A stretch of DNA of 32,025 bases from Chrysochromulina tobinii (lineage: Eukaryota): NCBI GenBank assembly GCA_001275005.1, contig JWZX01001334.1, positions 1 through 32,025 on the forward strand, written 5' to 3'. The position numbers were made by a program, and so were the translations under genes. Below are positions 18,475 through 27,551 of this stretch, in pieces. Below the pieces are notes generated by a model. The model was not told the DNA's origin and ran no database searches. It saw nothing but the letters and a program-made list of their open reading frames with translations. The stretch's first letter is position 1. Each line of letters starts with the position of its first letter.

Positions 18475-19491
18475 ATGCGTGACTGTGCCCTGGTATTAGC
18501 CATGCTGATGCTGCAGACTCCTGCAGCCCTTGCGCTGCGTCTCGCCATAATCTCGAAGATCATCGTGGATCAAGTCGAGGGCAGCGTGCCACGCCTCGGA
18601 GGCGGCGGCGTGCAGGCGGCAGTCGCTGCGCAGATAGCCATGCGAGGTCAGAGCGAATGCCGTCTCGTCGCCCCCGTTGGCATGGACTTTGTTGATAGTA
18701 TGCTGCACGGACTTGCACAGCGCCGCGTGGACACATCGGGCGTTTGCCGTCTGAGCCACGTGGCGCTCACTCCCGGCGAGGCGATTACTTATGAGGGTGA
18801 GACCGCCAAGTGGACGCCAATTGGTTGGGACCATTGGGACGAGCTGTGTGCGTGGGTTCCGCAGCTCGCCAGCGCTGCGGATCTCGACGCAGTGCACGTG
18901 ATCGTCGAGGGCGGTGGAAACGGCGAGGTTCGTAGCGTGCTCGCTGCTTTGTCGGAGTTGCCTGCCGGCAAGCGGCGCCCGACCATCTCCGTCGAGCCGG
19001 TTATGCATGTGGTCGACGACTCGAGCGTCGCAGGCCTTGCGAGGATCACGTCCATCGCCGACGTGGTCTCGCCGGATTTACTCACCGCGTACCGCCTCGC
19101 CCGTCCGGATGAGCGGCAAGCAGAGCAGCACGCGGCTCGGAAGGTCGTCGAGGAAGGCGGCGAGGAGGCGCTCGCTGCTCTCGCGCGCGGCTGTGCGTCG
19201 ACGATCGCCCTTAGGCCGACCGCGGTGCTTGCCATTCGTGACGGCGCACGAGGCTCCTATTTGCTGTGCAACGGCGAGCTGAAGCATGTGCCCGCCCTGA
19301 AGTTGGACGAAGTACAAGATCCGACGGGCGCGGGCAACGGCTACGCAGGTGCGCTCGCCGCCCAGCTCGCGAGCGGTGCGACGCCGATGGACGCGGCCGC
19401 AGTCGCATCTGCGGTCGGCGCGGCCTTTTGCCGTACTCGCGACTGGGCTCCGACGCTCGAGGAGGGTGTAGCGTTCTGCTTTGGCCCGTAG
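18475..19491 (+). CDS. PfkB/ribokinase-family carbohydrate kinase (Mak32-like GAGN variant) with hydrophobic leader
   Basis: IIVD...LGGGGVQAA N-terminal motif, PVGMDF, ADVVSPD, IRDGARGS and QDPTGAGNGYAGAL C-terminal signature. Start 18475 or 18502. Confidence 0.85.
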   Translation: MRDCALVLAMLMLQTPAALALRLAIISKIIVDQVEGSVPRLGGGGVQAAVAAQIAMRGQSECRLVAPVGMDFVDSMLHGLAQRRVDTSGVCRLSHVALTPGEAITYEGETAKWTPIGWDHWDELCAWVPQLASAADLDAVHVIVEGGGNGEVRSVLAALSELPAGKRRPTISVEPVMHVVDDSSVAGLARITSIADVVSPDLLTAYRLARPDERQAEQHAARKVVEEGGEEALAALARGCASTIALRPTAVLAIRDGARGSYLLCNGELKHVPALKLDEVQDPTGAGNGYAGALAAQLASGATPMDAAAVASAVGAAFCRTRDWAPTLEEGVAFCFGP

Positions 19492-19939
19492 TTAAAAGGA
19501 ATAAAACTTAGCGCGTCGTTTCATCCGGCACCTAGGGGGAGCAGCCCTGCCGTGATCGTGATTTTAAGTGGACCTTAGTTGATAGTTCCTAAGGGTCACG
19601 CGGTGCCGCCGACGCCCGCAGCGCGGCCATCCGGCGCAAACGACAGCTCTTGCGGCCGTATGAGTTGTATGTCCGGTCCGCCTCTCGTCTCGTTTCCGTC
19701 GTCCCCGGTGCCCGGAATTGGAGCGGAGTTCGTCGGCCGTTCGGAGCGGTTCCGGTTGACCACACAGGACCTACTTGTGTGGGACCTCAGGGAGAGCTCC
19801 TGAGCCTGCCCTGTCGTGTGTGGTAGTGGACAGACCAACAACCCGCGCGGAAAGCCCTATCGTCTCACCTGCCCCACGCGTTCCCCGCCTCGCGCTGCCC
19901 CACCCCCAGTGCCGACTGCCGTGCCAGCCGCGTCGTGCC

Positions 19940-19975
19940 CGGGGTGTGAAGACTCTTCGGGGTGTGAAGACTCTT
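19940..19975. repeat. 18-bp perfect tandem duplication
   Basis: cggggtgtgaagactctt x2. Confidence 0.9.
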
Positions 19976-20039
19976 CGTCCGCTCCCACCTTCAAGCCTTG
20001 GTCACGGCTGATCAATGCCGTCATGCGCCGAGCACAGCC

Positions 20040-20870
20040 TCAGACCGCCATCACGTCGTAGAGCGGCACATCGCCCTTCTTCGCAAAGTAGTCCAGATAC
20101 GCACGTGTTTTGGCTGGGATCGCAAGGCCCTTGATGAGCGTGAGCGAGCGCAGCCTTGCCCACAAGTCGATATCATCATAACTGAAGCCGATGCCTTCGG
20201 TGCAGGCCTCCTTGCTGTAGATCATTATGTCGAGCTCGAGGAGCTTCTTGTTAAGCTGGGGGATCAGCTCTGCCGACTCGGCGAAGGCCTCCGCGTACTT
20301 TTCATACTTGAGGCCAAGGGGCATGTCCGGGTTGCCTTTCCACTGCTCTTTCTCAAACGGCGGCATCTGGTGGTTGTTCACGAATGCGTCGCGTCCCGCC
20401 TTCTGCATGAACTCGGGCAGCGGCACCATGACGTACCGCGGTCGCTGTAACATGCGGCACATCGTCTCAACCGACTTTTGCCATGCCTTGAGGTCCGTGC
20501 GGCCCGACGCCGGCGCAATGGTGCCCTCCTTATCCATCTTGGCGATTATGTCCAGCGACTCTGGCATCGGCCCGTCCTCGTCAACCCAGATTGGTGCGAT
20601 TTTCTTTCCAACCAGCTTGGTCGGCGTGTCCTTGTCGTCGTTGCCCATGAAAATGAGCTTGTGTTTGATGCCCTTAACACCCATTGCCACGCGAACGCGA
20701 ACACAGAATGGGCAGTGGTCATACACATAGAGCTCAGGAACGGCGGACATGGCCGCCACAATGGTACGGCGTGCCGATGGCAGTGCCGATAGCTGCGCTG
20801 ATTTAATGCAAAAAACAGCAGGAAGGAGCGCAATGAGCGTCAGCAAGCGAGAACCTCTTGCCGACTCCAT
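20040..20870 (-). CDS. grxB: Glutaredoxin 2 (GrxB family, GST-like fold) with N-terminal targeting extension
   Basis: LYVYDHCPFCVRVR, KLVGKKIAPI, MPESLDII, PRY...LPEF and SYDDIDLWARLRSLTLIKG closely follow the bacterial GrxB pattern. About 40-aa leader with a hydrophobic core. No intron needed. Confidence 0.88.
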   Translation of the reverse strand: MESARGSRLLTLIALLPAVFCIKSAQLSALPSARRTIVAAMSAVPELYVYDHCPFCVRVRVAMGVKGIKHKLIFMGNDDKDTPTKLVGKKIAPIWVDEDGPMPESLDIIAKMDKEGTIAPASGRTDLKAWQKSVETMCRMLQRPRYVMVPLPEFMQKAGRDAFVNNHQMPPFEKEQWKGNPDMPLGLKYEKYAEAFAESAELIPQLNKKLLELDIMIYSKEACTEGIGFSYDDIDLWARLRSLTLIKGLAIPAKTRAYLDYFAKKGDVPLYDVMAV

Positions 20871-20970
20871 TTTTCTCGCGCTTTGGTGTGTGAAAAAAAG
20901 CGAGACGTTGTACATGTACATACATGTAGGCTGTTAAACCTCGGCCGTCTACTAGGGGGTAGGGTTAGTG

Positions 20971-20990
20971 TTGACTTGACTTGACTTGAC
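20971..20990. repeat. (TTGAC)4 pentanucleotide microsatellite
   Basis: ttgacttgacttgacttgac, preceded by tagggggtagggttag. Confidence 0.95.
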
Positions 20991-21136
20991 TCAGCAAGGA
21001 GCGCGTCGAAGCGGACGTGGCGACGCTCCAGTACATCCTGCTGCCCGGCTCGCCCTTTGAGCTGCCCGAGGAGGAGTGCAGCCAGGCGCGCGAGCAAGAC
21101 GTCGTTGGGCAGTTGTTTAGACTGAGTGTGGACGCG

Positions 21137-22444
21137 ATGCCCATCGTGGACGTGACAGAGCAGCCGTCGCTCATCGCTGGTGCCCTGCTAGCCGCACTAC
21201 CGCAGCACACAGCATCTACGCCAGCGCCGCGCATTGCCATCGTATGCATGACCAAGCGGCCGACGGCGCTCTCAACGTGGCTCAGTTACCACCGATTGGT
21301 GTGCGGCATCGATCGTTTCTATTTGCGCGTCGAGGATACGCCGGAGCTCGCGGTGTTGCTCGGCTCGGCGCCGTGGGACGCGTGCGTCGAAGCAGAGTAC
21401 AGCAGCGGCGTGCGTGACTACTTTCTCCAGGTGGACCGGCAGAATCAGCACATCAACTCGGTGTTGCCGCGGGCGCGGGCTGCAGGCTTCACATACTTGC
21501 TCCATATCGACGATGACGAGCTGCTGTACTGTGCTGGCAATATGAGCGGTCTGCACGCCGCACTCTCCAACGCGCCGGCCTCGACGAGCAACCTGCACGT
21601 GCACAACCTCGAGGCGTTGCTGCCGCACGCGGAGTGCGTCAATCCCTTTACGGAAGTGGTTGCATTCCGGCACGACACTGCGGACTTTTGCGCGTATGCA
21701 AATGGAAAGTCGTTCGGCCGTCTCTCTGATGCAACGCTGCGCGCCGCCGGCCCGCACAACTTTGGATCCGCCCCGTCGCGCACGCACCAGCTGCCACCCG
21801 CCGCAGCGGTCATCTTGCACTTCGAGAGTGCGAACGCGACCGTGTGGCGTGCCAAGTACTTAGACCTGGCGAGCCAGCACGCGGGCAGCGATGCCGTGCG
21901 CCAACAAGCACCTTCCGCCTTCTACTCTGACTCCATGCGCGCACTCAGCGCCGTCGTGGGCGCCCAGGCAGCGGGCGACGCGGGCGCGCTAAGGTCGGCG
22001 GAGGAGGACGCGAGTGCCTTGTACGCCCGATGGAAGTTGGCGAGAATGCCGCTGCCGCCGCCGCCCGCCGATGGCACGCCTCGCTTTCTCGCTAAGGAGG
22101 GTGTCACGCTCATCAATGTGCTCGCACAGCCTCGTATCGCTCCGCCGTGGCCGCCGCCGATGCCTCACATACTGGCACCTGCGGCAGAGCTGGCGCGCGC
22201 GAAAGCGGAGGGCGCGCCGGTGCTACAGCGACTCGAGGAGCTCCTGCGCGATGCGAATCTTGTCGAGTGGGCCGCGCACGCGAACGCGCTGCACGCCGCC
22301 GCCGACCGCGTGAGCTATCTAGATAATGTCCTTCTGAGCGGCGCCAAGAGTGCGGGGTTCTCGGTGGGCGCGAGGCTGCGGCTTCGTGGCGCGGTGCTCC
22401 ACGCTTGCCGCGAGCGCGACCGTGGCGAGCTCACTCAACCATGA
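21137..22444 (+). CDS. GT2-like/KOBITO1-like glycosyltransferase with possible C-terminal SAM-like helical domain
   Basis: WLSYHRLVCGIDRFYL, RQNQHIN, LLHIDDDELLY (DxD), YANGKSFGR, GPHNF and ILHFES. The frame is open from 20990; first ATG is 21137, so the 5' end is uncertain. Confidence 0.72.
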   Translation: MPIVDVTEQPSLIAGALLAALPQHTASTPAPRIAIVCMTKRPTALSTWLSYHRLVCGIDRFYLRVEDTPELAVLLGSAPWDACVEAEYSSGVRDYFLQVDRQNQHINSVLPRARAAGFTYLLHIDDDELLYCAGNMSGLHAALSNAPASTSNLHVHNLEALLPHAECVNPFTEVVAFRHDTADFCAYANGKSFGRLSDATLRAAGPHNFGSAPSRTHQLPPAAAVILHFESANATVWRAKYLDLASQHAGSDAVRQQAPSAFYSDSMRALSAVVGAQAAGDAGALRSAEEDASALYARWKLARMPLPPPPADGTPRFLAKEGVTLINVLAQPRIAPPWPPPMPHILAPAAELARAKAEGAPVLQRLEELLRDANLVEWAAHANALHAAADRVSYLDNVLLSGAKSAGFSVGARLRLRGAVLHACRERDRGELTQP

Positions 22445-22685
22445 GATGAAGACTAGTCAAGTTTCGAACGTATAGATCTGTATAGCCGTCAGGTCTGCAC
22501 CTTTTCCTTAAACGCACCACACCGGACGAGAAGTGTGCAACCGGCGCATCCGGAATCTCGTCGATCCGCTCCCGAGTCCCGACCCGGGAGAGCGGAATAT
22601 TGGGAATAACATCGCGGACAACTGTGAGGACAAGGCTCAAGTGCGCGTCGGCGAGGCTGTGTGACGTGACGTGTGTGGACTGCCG

Positions 22686-22713
22686 CTATCTATCTCCTCC
22701 TATCTATCTCCTC
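22686..22713. repeat. 14-bp tandem duplication spanning a stop codon
   Basis: ctatctatctcctc x2; includes the TAG of the minus-strand gene ending at 22704. Confidence 0.9.
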
Positions 22714-25700
22714 CGGGGGCTATCTGTATCTCGCAATTCGTATTCTGGCTGCGGCCCTGTGGCACTGCCGTGCTCGCTCAGCGGCGGCATGCGAGGCGTT
22801 GTGCTCGGCGGCGTGTGCACTCTCCGCTCAAATTTGAGCACACTATGGAGCTCGTTATACTCGACGAAGCCGTTGCCGTTGATGTCGAGGATGCTGAAGA
22901 GCCCGTCTAATTCCACCTCGGGTACGCCATCGTGGCCCAGCACCTCCAGTGCACGGCGCACCTCCGCCTTGGTGCACCTGCCATCGCCGTTGCGGTCCCA
23001 TTGGCGGAAGAGGTCGACGACGCGGCTGTGGTTCTCAGCGAGCACAGAGCGCAGGTACTGCACCCCGTCCTGCACCCCAACGGACAGCGGCGGCGGCAGC
23101 GGCGGCTGCGGCGGCGGCGTGGGCAGCTTGAGAGGAGAGTGCTGGGCGGCAGCGGCGCTGTTGGCACCCGCCATCCACTTCGTGGCAGTGCTCGCGACCA
23201 CGCCTGCGTCCGTGCTATTGTACACGCCCGCTCGAGTCATCACCGCCGCCTCGGTACGCGCGGCTGCGACCAGCTCGGCGCGTGGCGACGGTTTGCCAGG
23301 GGACTTGTCCCCCTTTGGCGGCGCCTTGGGAGCCTTGCTGCTACTCGGCCCCGCCCCGCCGTCATGCATCTTCTCGCGCCACGCTGCAGGCATCCACAGC
23401 TCCGACGCTGCATTGGCCTCGCCCTTCTGACGCGCTGCGTCGAGCGCTGCCCGCGCCTCAAGCACTAACGAATCCTTCTGTTGGGCGAGGGCTTGCTCCT
23501 TGTCGGCGCGTGCCTCGCGCCGTGCGGCCGTAACCGCCTCCACGATGGCCTCTTCGGCCTCGCGCCGCGCGAGCGAGACTGCGGCCACGAGTGCCGCGTT
23601 ACCTGTATCCTCTACTGATCGCACCGCCGCCTTCTGCTCTGCCTCTAGTGTCCGTCGGAGAGCCGTGAGTTCCTCTTCCTTATCGGCCGCCCATGCGCGC
23701 CGCTCGACCGCGAGCTCGGCCGCCCTGGCCTCGGCCATCTCCTTGCGCACCGCGGCCACCGCCGCCGCCTTGTCCGCCTCGCCTTGCCGAGATAGCGCCT
23801 CGAGGGCGGCGGCGCGCGCGTCGGCCGCCCTGGACTCGGCTGTCGCAAGCTCGGTGCGCTTCGCCAGCTCGAGAGACTGCCGGAGCTCCGCGAGCTGCGT
23901 CGCGCTCGCGTCCGCCGCCTGCCGGCGCGCGTCGAACAGCGCCGTGCTGAGCGCCTCGTCCGCCTGCCGACGCGCCGTCGCGAGCGCGGTCGCCTTTTCG
24001 AGATCCGCGGTGCGCTGGAGGTTGGCGATCTCCGCGCGCACCTCCTCAGCCCCTTGGGTCCGCGCGGCGGCGAGCTCTGCCTCGTTCACGCGCGCCACGC
24101 CCTCGAGAGCCAATCGGACCGCGACCTGCTTCGTCAACTCGGCGTGCACACGCGCCTCGGCGAGCGCGGCGGCCGTCGATTCGAGCGCCTCCCTTTGCGC
24201 CACGGCCAGCGCGGCCTCTCGCTCTGCCGTACTCACGAGGTTGGCCGATCGAATCTCCGCGGCGATCTGCGTGGCGGCGTCGGCGCGCGCGGCGGCCAGT
24301 GCCGTCTTGCGCTGAGCCTCGGAGGCGCTGAGCGCCGTTGCGAGCGCCTCGTCCTTCTCGCGCGCCGCCGCCTGCCTCACCTTCGCGATCTCGGTCGCCA
24401 GATTGGCCGCGTACTCCTCGTTGAGCGCGCGTCGCGTCTCCGCCGCTACCTTGGCGCGCAGCTCGTCGGCGGCCTCGGCACTCCGGCTGCGCGCCTCGGC
24501 AAGCGCCGCCGTGAGCTCTGCCTGTGCCGCCTCCCGAGCCGCCGCGAGCCTCACGAGGAGCTCAGCCTCAACTTGGCTTCGGATCTGTGTCGCGGCCGCC
24601 GCCACCGCCGCCTGCATCTGCGCCGCCCCTTGCTTTTGCGCCGCTTCGAGCGCCTCAGCTTTTTCCGCGCGGAAGGCGGCCTGCGCACCCGCCGTCGCCG
24701 CCGCCACCGCCGCGTTCCGTTCCTCTTCAGCGAGGTGACGTGCGGCCGCAAGGGCCGCTTCCTTCTCCGCCTCTGCCGCCTTTGCGTGCCGCTCGTAGGC
24801 GGCGGCGATGGCGGCGGCTTTCTGCTCATCCATTAGCCGTTTGGCGCCCGCGATGGCGCTCGCCCGCTCAACCTCCATCTGGCGCCGCGCCGTCGCGAGC
24901 GCCACCTCCTTCTCTCGCTCGAAATCCGCACGTAGCTGCTCGCGCTGCTCGGCAAGGGCCGCCGCGCTCGCCTCCTCCGCCGCCCGCACCGCCGCGGTCA
25001 TCTCGGCTGCCTTGGTCTCATTCCACGCGCGCTCAAAGGCCGCGTTGCTCGCGGCGGCCTCGACCTGCGCCGCGTCCTTCCAACGCTGCCGCTGCGCGAG
25101 TACCGCGGCTTGCAGCTCCTCTGCGAACTTTTCGCGAGCCGCGGCCAGCGACGCCGCCTTCTCCGCCTCGGACGCCGCCATCAGCGTCGCTTGCATGCTC
25201 ACGAGCTCATCGGCGGCGGCCTTGCGCAGCGTGCTGGCCAGCTCGTGGGTGGCCGCCTCGCACTGCTTCTTCATCGCCTCGACTGCGCTCACACGCTCAC
25301 GCTCGCTCAGCACGCGCTGCTCGGCTGCGGCTCGCGCGAGCTCCAGTTCCTTCGTACCGTCGGCCGCGCGCCGTGCGGCAGCGAGAGCCGAGACGAGCTC
25401 CGCGTGGGCAACCTCGGCCTGCGAGGCGAGCGCCTGCTGCTGCTGCTGCTGTGCGTACTCGCGTGCCTGCACGAGCCGCGCCGACCACTCTGCTTCGAGC
25501 GCCTCCGTGAGCTGTGAGAGCTCACGAGAGCGCGCCGCCTCGGCCTCCCGCCTCTGCTGGTTGGCCGCGGCGGTGAGAAGTGCGGTCCACTGCTGCTCCT
25601 GGCGCGCACGCAGGCTCTCGAGCTCGAGACGGCGCTCCTCCTCGGAGGCAATCCGCGCCATGTCGAGCGCACGCGCCTTTTCCACATCGGCCTGCTGCTG

Positions 25701-26405
25701 ACGCGCCGCGGCCTCTGCTTGCGCCTGCGACGCGAGCAGCCTTTTGTGCTTGCTCATCTCGGAGGCGAGACGGTCCTCAGCGCCCGCACGCATGGCAGCG
25801 AGTGCGGCGTCGCGCTCATTGTCGGCCGCCTGCTTCGCGGCCGCGACCGCCTGCGCTGCGTGCTCCTCCATTGTCGCCTTCATGGCGGCGAGTGCCTTTG
25901 TCTGTTCGACATCCGCTACCCCCGCCGCCGCCGCGAGTGCCGTCTCCTTGGCCGCATTTGCCGCCTTGACGGCGGCCGCGACGGCCGCCTCCTGCCGCTG
26001 CTCGGCGGCCAGCTCGGCGGCGGCCAGCACGGCCGCCTGCTCCGCTTGCGCCGCGAGCCGCAAAGCCCGGAGCGCCTCCGCACGGTCGGCCTCCATGGCG
26101 CTGCGCAGCTCGGCCAGGTGCTGCGAGAGAGCATTCTTGGCGCTACTTAACGTCTCGGCGACTCTCCTTTCCCCGAGCGCGTCCGCAGAACGCTTGACGG
26201 CAGCCATCTCTTCGCCCTGGGAGGCCTCAAACTTTCGTCGCGCAGCCTGCACTGCTGCGAGTAACTCCTGCTCTGCCGTGACACGTGCGAGCTTTAGCTC
26301 GTTCTCACGAAGCTCGTCGCAGGCGCGCTGCACTCGCGCGACCTCGGCCGACTTTTCAGCCGCAGCCGCGGTCAGAGCCGTCTCGTAGGCCCGCTGCGCA
26401 CGCAT
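22704..26405 (-). CDS. Very long Ala/Glu/Arg-rich coiled-coil protein with C-terminal EF-hand pair; possibly 5'-incomplete
   Basis: Open frame of more than 1200 codons; EF loops DRNGDGRCTKAE and DINGNGFVEYNE. Begins in coil-like sequence beside an acceptor-like tgcgcAG at 26394. Confidence 0.8.
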   Translation of the reverse strand: MRAQRAYETALTAAAAEKSAEVARVQRACDELRENELKLARVTAEQELLAAVQAARRKFEASQGEEMAAVKRSADALGERRVAETLSSAKNALSQHLAELRSAMEADRAEALRALRLAAQAEQAAVLAAAELAAEQRQEAAVAAAVKAANAAKETALAAAAGVADVEQTKALAAMKATMEEHAAQAVAAAKQAADNERDAALAAMRAGAEDRLASEMSKHKRLLASQAQAEAAARQQQADVEKARALDMARIASEEERRLELESLRARQEQQWTALLTAAANQQRREAEAARSRELSQLTEALEAEWSARLVQAREYAQQQQQQALASQAEVAHAELVSALAAARRAADGTKELELARAAAEQRVLSERERVSAVEAMKKQCEAATHELASTLRKAAADELVSMQATLMAASEAEKAASLAAAREKFAEELQAAVLAQRQRWKDAAQVEAAASNAAFERAWNETKAAEMTAAVRAAEEASAAALAEQREQLRADFEREKEVALATARRQMEVERASAIAGAKRLMDEQKAAAIAAAYERHAKAAEAEKEAALAAARHLAEEERNAAVAAATAGAQAAFRAEKAEALEAAQKQGAAQMQAAVAAAATQIRSQVEAELLVRLAAAREAAQAELTAALAEARSRSAEAADELRAKVAAETRRALNEEYAANLATEIAKVRQAAAREKDEALATALSASEAQRKTALAAARADAATQIAAEIRSANLVSTAEREAALAVAQREALESTAAALAEARVHAELTKQVAVRLALEGVARVNEAELAAARTQGAEEVRAEIANLQRTADLEKATALATARRQADEALSTALFDARRQAADASATQLAELRQSLELAKRTELATAESRAADARAAALEALSRQGEADKAAAVAAVRKEMAEARAAELAVERRAWAADKEEELTALRRTLEAEQKAAVRSVEDTGNAALVAAVSLARREAEEAIVEAVTAARREARADKEQALAQQKDSLVLEARAALDAARQKGEANAASELWMPAAWREKMHDGGAGPSSSKAPKAPPKGDKSPGKPSPRAELVAAARTEAAVMTRAGVYNSTDAGVVASTATKWMAGANSAAAAQHSPLKLPTPPPQPPLPPPLSVGVQDGVQYLRSVLAENHSRVVDLFRQWDRNGDGRCTKAEVRRALEVLGHDGVPEVELDGLFSILDINGNGFVEYNELHSVLKFERRVHTPPSTTPRMPPLSEHGSATGPQPEYELRDTDSPRRR

Positions 26406-26442
26406 TGGACTGCCCCCCACACGCGGCCGCTGAACTGCGGCG

Positions 26443-26988
26443 ATGAACGCGACAGCGGTTTCGCACGAAAGTTTTCCTCATTTGGATGCTTTCGTCATGA
26501 TCGACATTGACTTTGTTTTTGTGGACATCCCCAGCTTCTTGCAGATGTTCTATGCCGGACGTCGACTAAGCGCCGCAGCGATCGCCGGGCAAAGCATGGT
26601 CCGTAACGCACACAAACAATGCCAAGCATACGACCTTTCGGCCATCGTCCCCTACTCGGCAAGTGTGAGGAATGCGATCAAGACAAATTGCTTTGGTTCG
26701 ATTTACAGCGCGTTCAGCGGCTTCGCGATCTATTATGCAGATGCCCTTCGCGAGGCTTCACCGAAGCCCAGCTACACCTGGTGGAACAGTTCCAATGCGA
26801 ACGATCACATAGCAATCTTGAACCAAGTATTGGGCCTCAATCTGAAACCCACACAGTTCAATTCATTTCTGCTCTCCAATGAACACCGTGCTATGAATCT
26901 TAGACTGAGCTATTGGGGCATGCGCACTGGACATCCTTTTCTGCTTGATCCGCGCTTTAGGCCCATGTATCATTGGGGGCAGTCGTAG
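26443..26988 (+). pseudogene. C-terminal fragment of a CAP59/GT69-like glycosyltransferase
   Basis: DAFVMIDID (DxD), YDLSA, IYSAFSGFAIYYADAL and NEH resemble the C-terminal half of CAP59-like mannosyltransferases. No N-terminal half; in-frame TGA at 26431; visibly lower GC than the flanks. Confidence 0.5.
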
Positions 26989-27069
26989 CCTATAGTTGAT
27001 ACTTGTCCACGTCATGCTCGGCTCGACGCGACGACGCCCCGCCGACGTCCCGCGGCCCGGCTGTCTTTA

Positions 27070-27479
27070 GAGATTAGACGGTCTTACATGGCGTTACGCG
27101 GCTGAAAGCCCCCCGTGGGGGGCCGGACCGACGCGAGTCTCAACGCGAGTCCCGACTGCGCGAATAAGGCGCACGCGCGCGCCCGGCCGTGCCGCAGGCC
27201 GGCCCCGCGCACCTGTGGCTGCTGCGGCGCGACCACCCCTCTCCTGCCAGAGCCAGTAGCCGGCAGGCAGGCCAGCCTTGCTGCGGTCAACGATCAACGC
27301 CATGGCCACCCTTTCGGATGTATGTGTCTGTCCTCACCATGAGACGGAGAGAGCGGGGTGGCAGGCCAAGGTGCAGGGTGTGCGTGAGGGGTTTCGTGAA
27401 CAAAGTTGGAATCTTGGAAAGGCTGTTTGCGGGCTTCGTTTCGGTACCGAAAACGAGCGGTTGGGACCGAACGGGTCTC
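27070..27479. mobile_element. Possible non-autonomous PIF/Harbinger-like element (MITE)
   Basis: TTA on both flanks (27067-27069, 27480-27482). Left end GAGATTAGACGGTC versus right-end reverse complement GAGACCCGTTCGGTC, an imperfect TIR. No convincing ORF. Confidence 0.25.
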
Positions 27480-27551
27480 TTAAGCTGACTTGCCACGTTC
27501 CTGACCGTAAATGAACGCTAGCTCGTAGGTGGAGGTAGGAGGTCCTGTGCC

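Noticed and set aside
19532..20959. ctaggggg on both sides of grxB as a target-site duplication
   Set aside because: An 8-bp match between spacers of this size is expected by chance, and there are no terminal inverted repeats.
22565..22596. GC-rich hairpin as a terminator or ncRNA
   Set aside because: Eukaryotic context, no U-tract, and an isolated bulged stem is unremarkable at this GC content.
23500..26388. Multiple plus-strand ORFs of 200-330 aa
   Set aside because: Antisense shadows of the Ala-rich coil gene.
26425..26445. TGA at 26431 as a selenocysteine or readthrough codon extending the GT fragment
   Set aside because: The upstream frame hits TAG within about 15 codons and no SECIS-like element was recognised.
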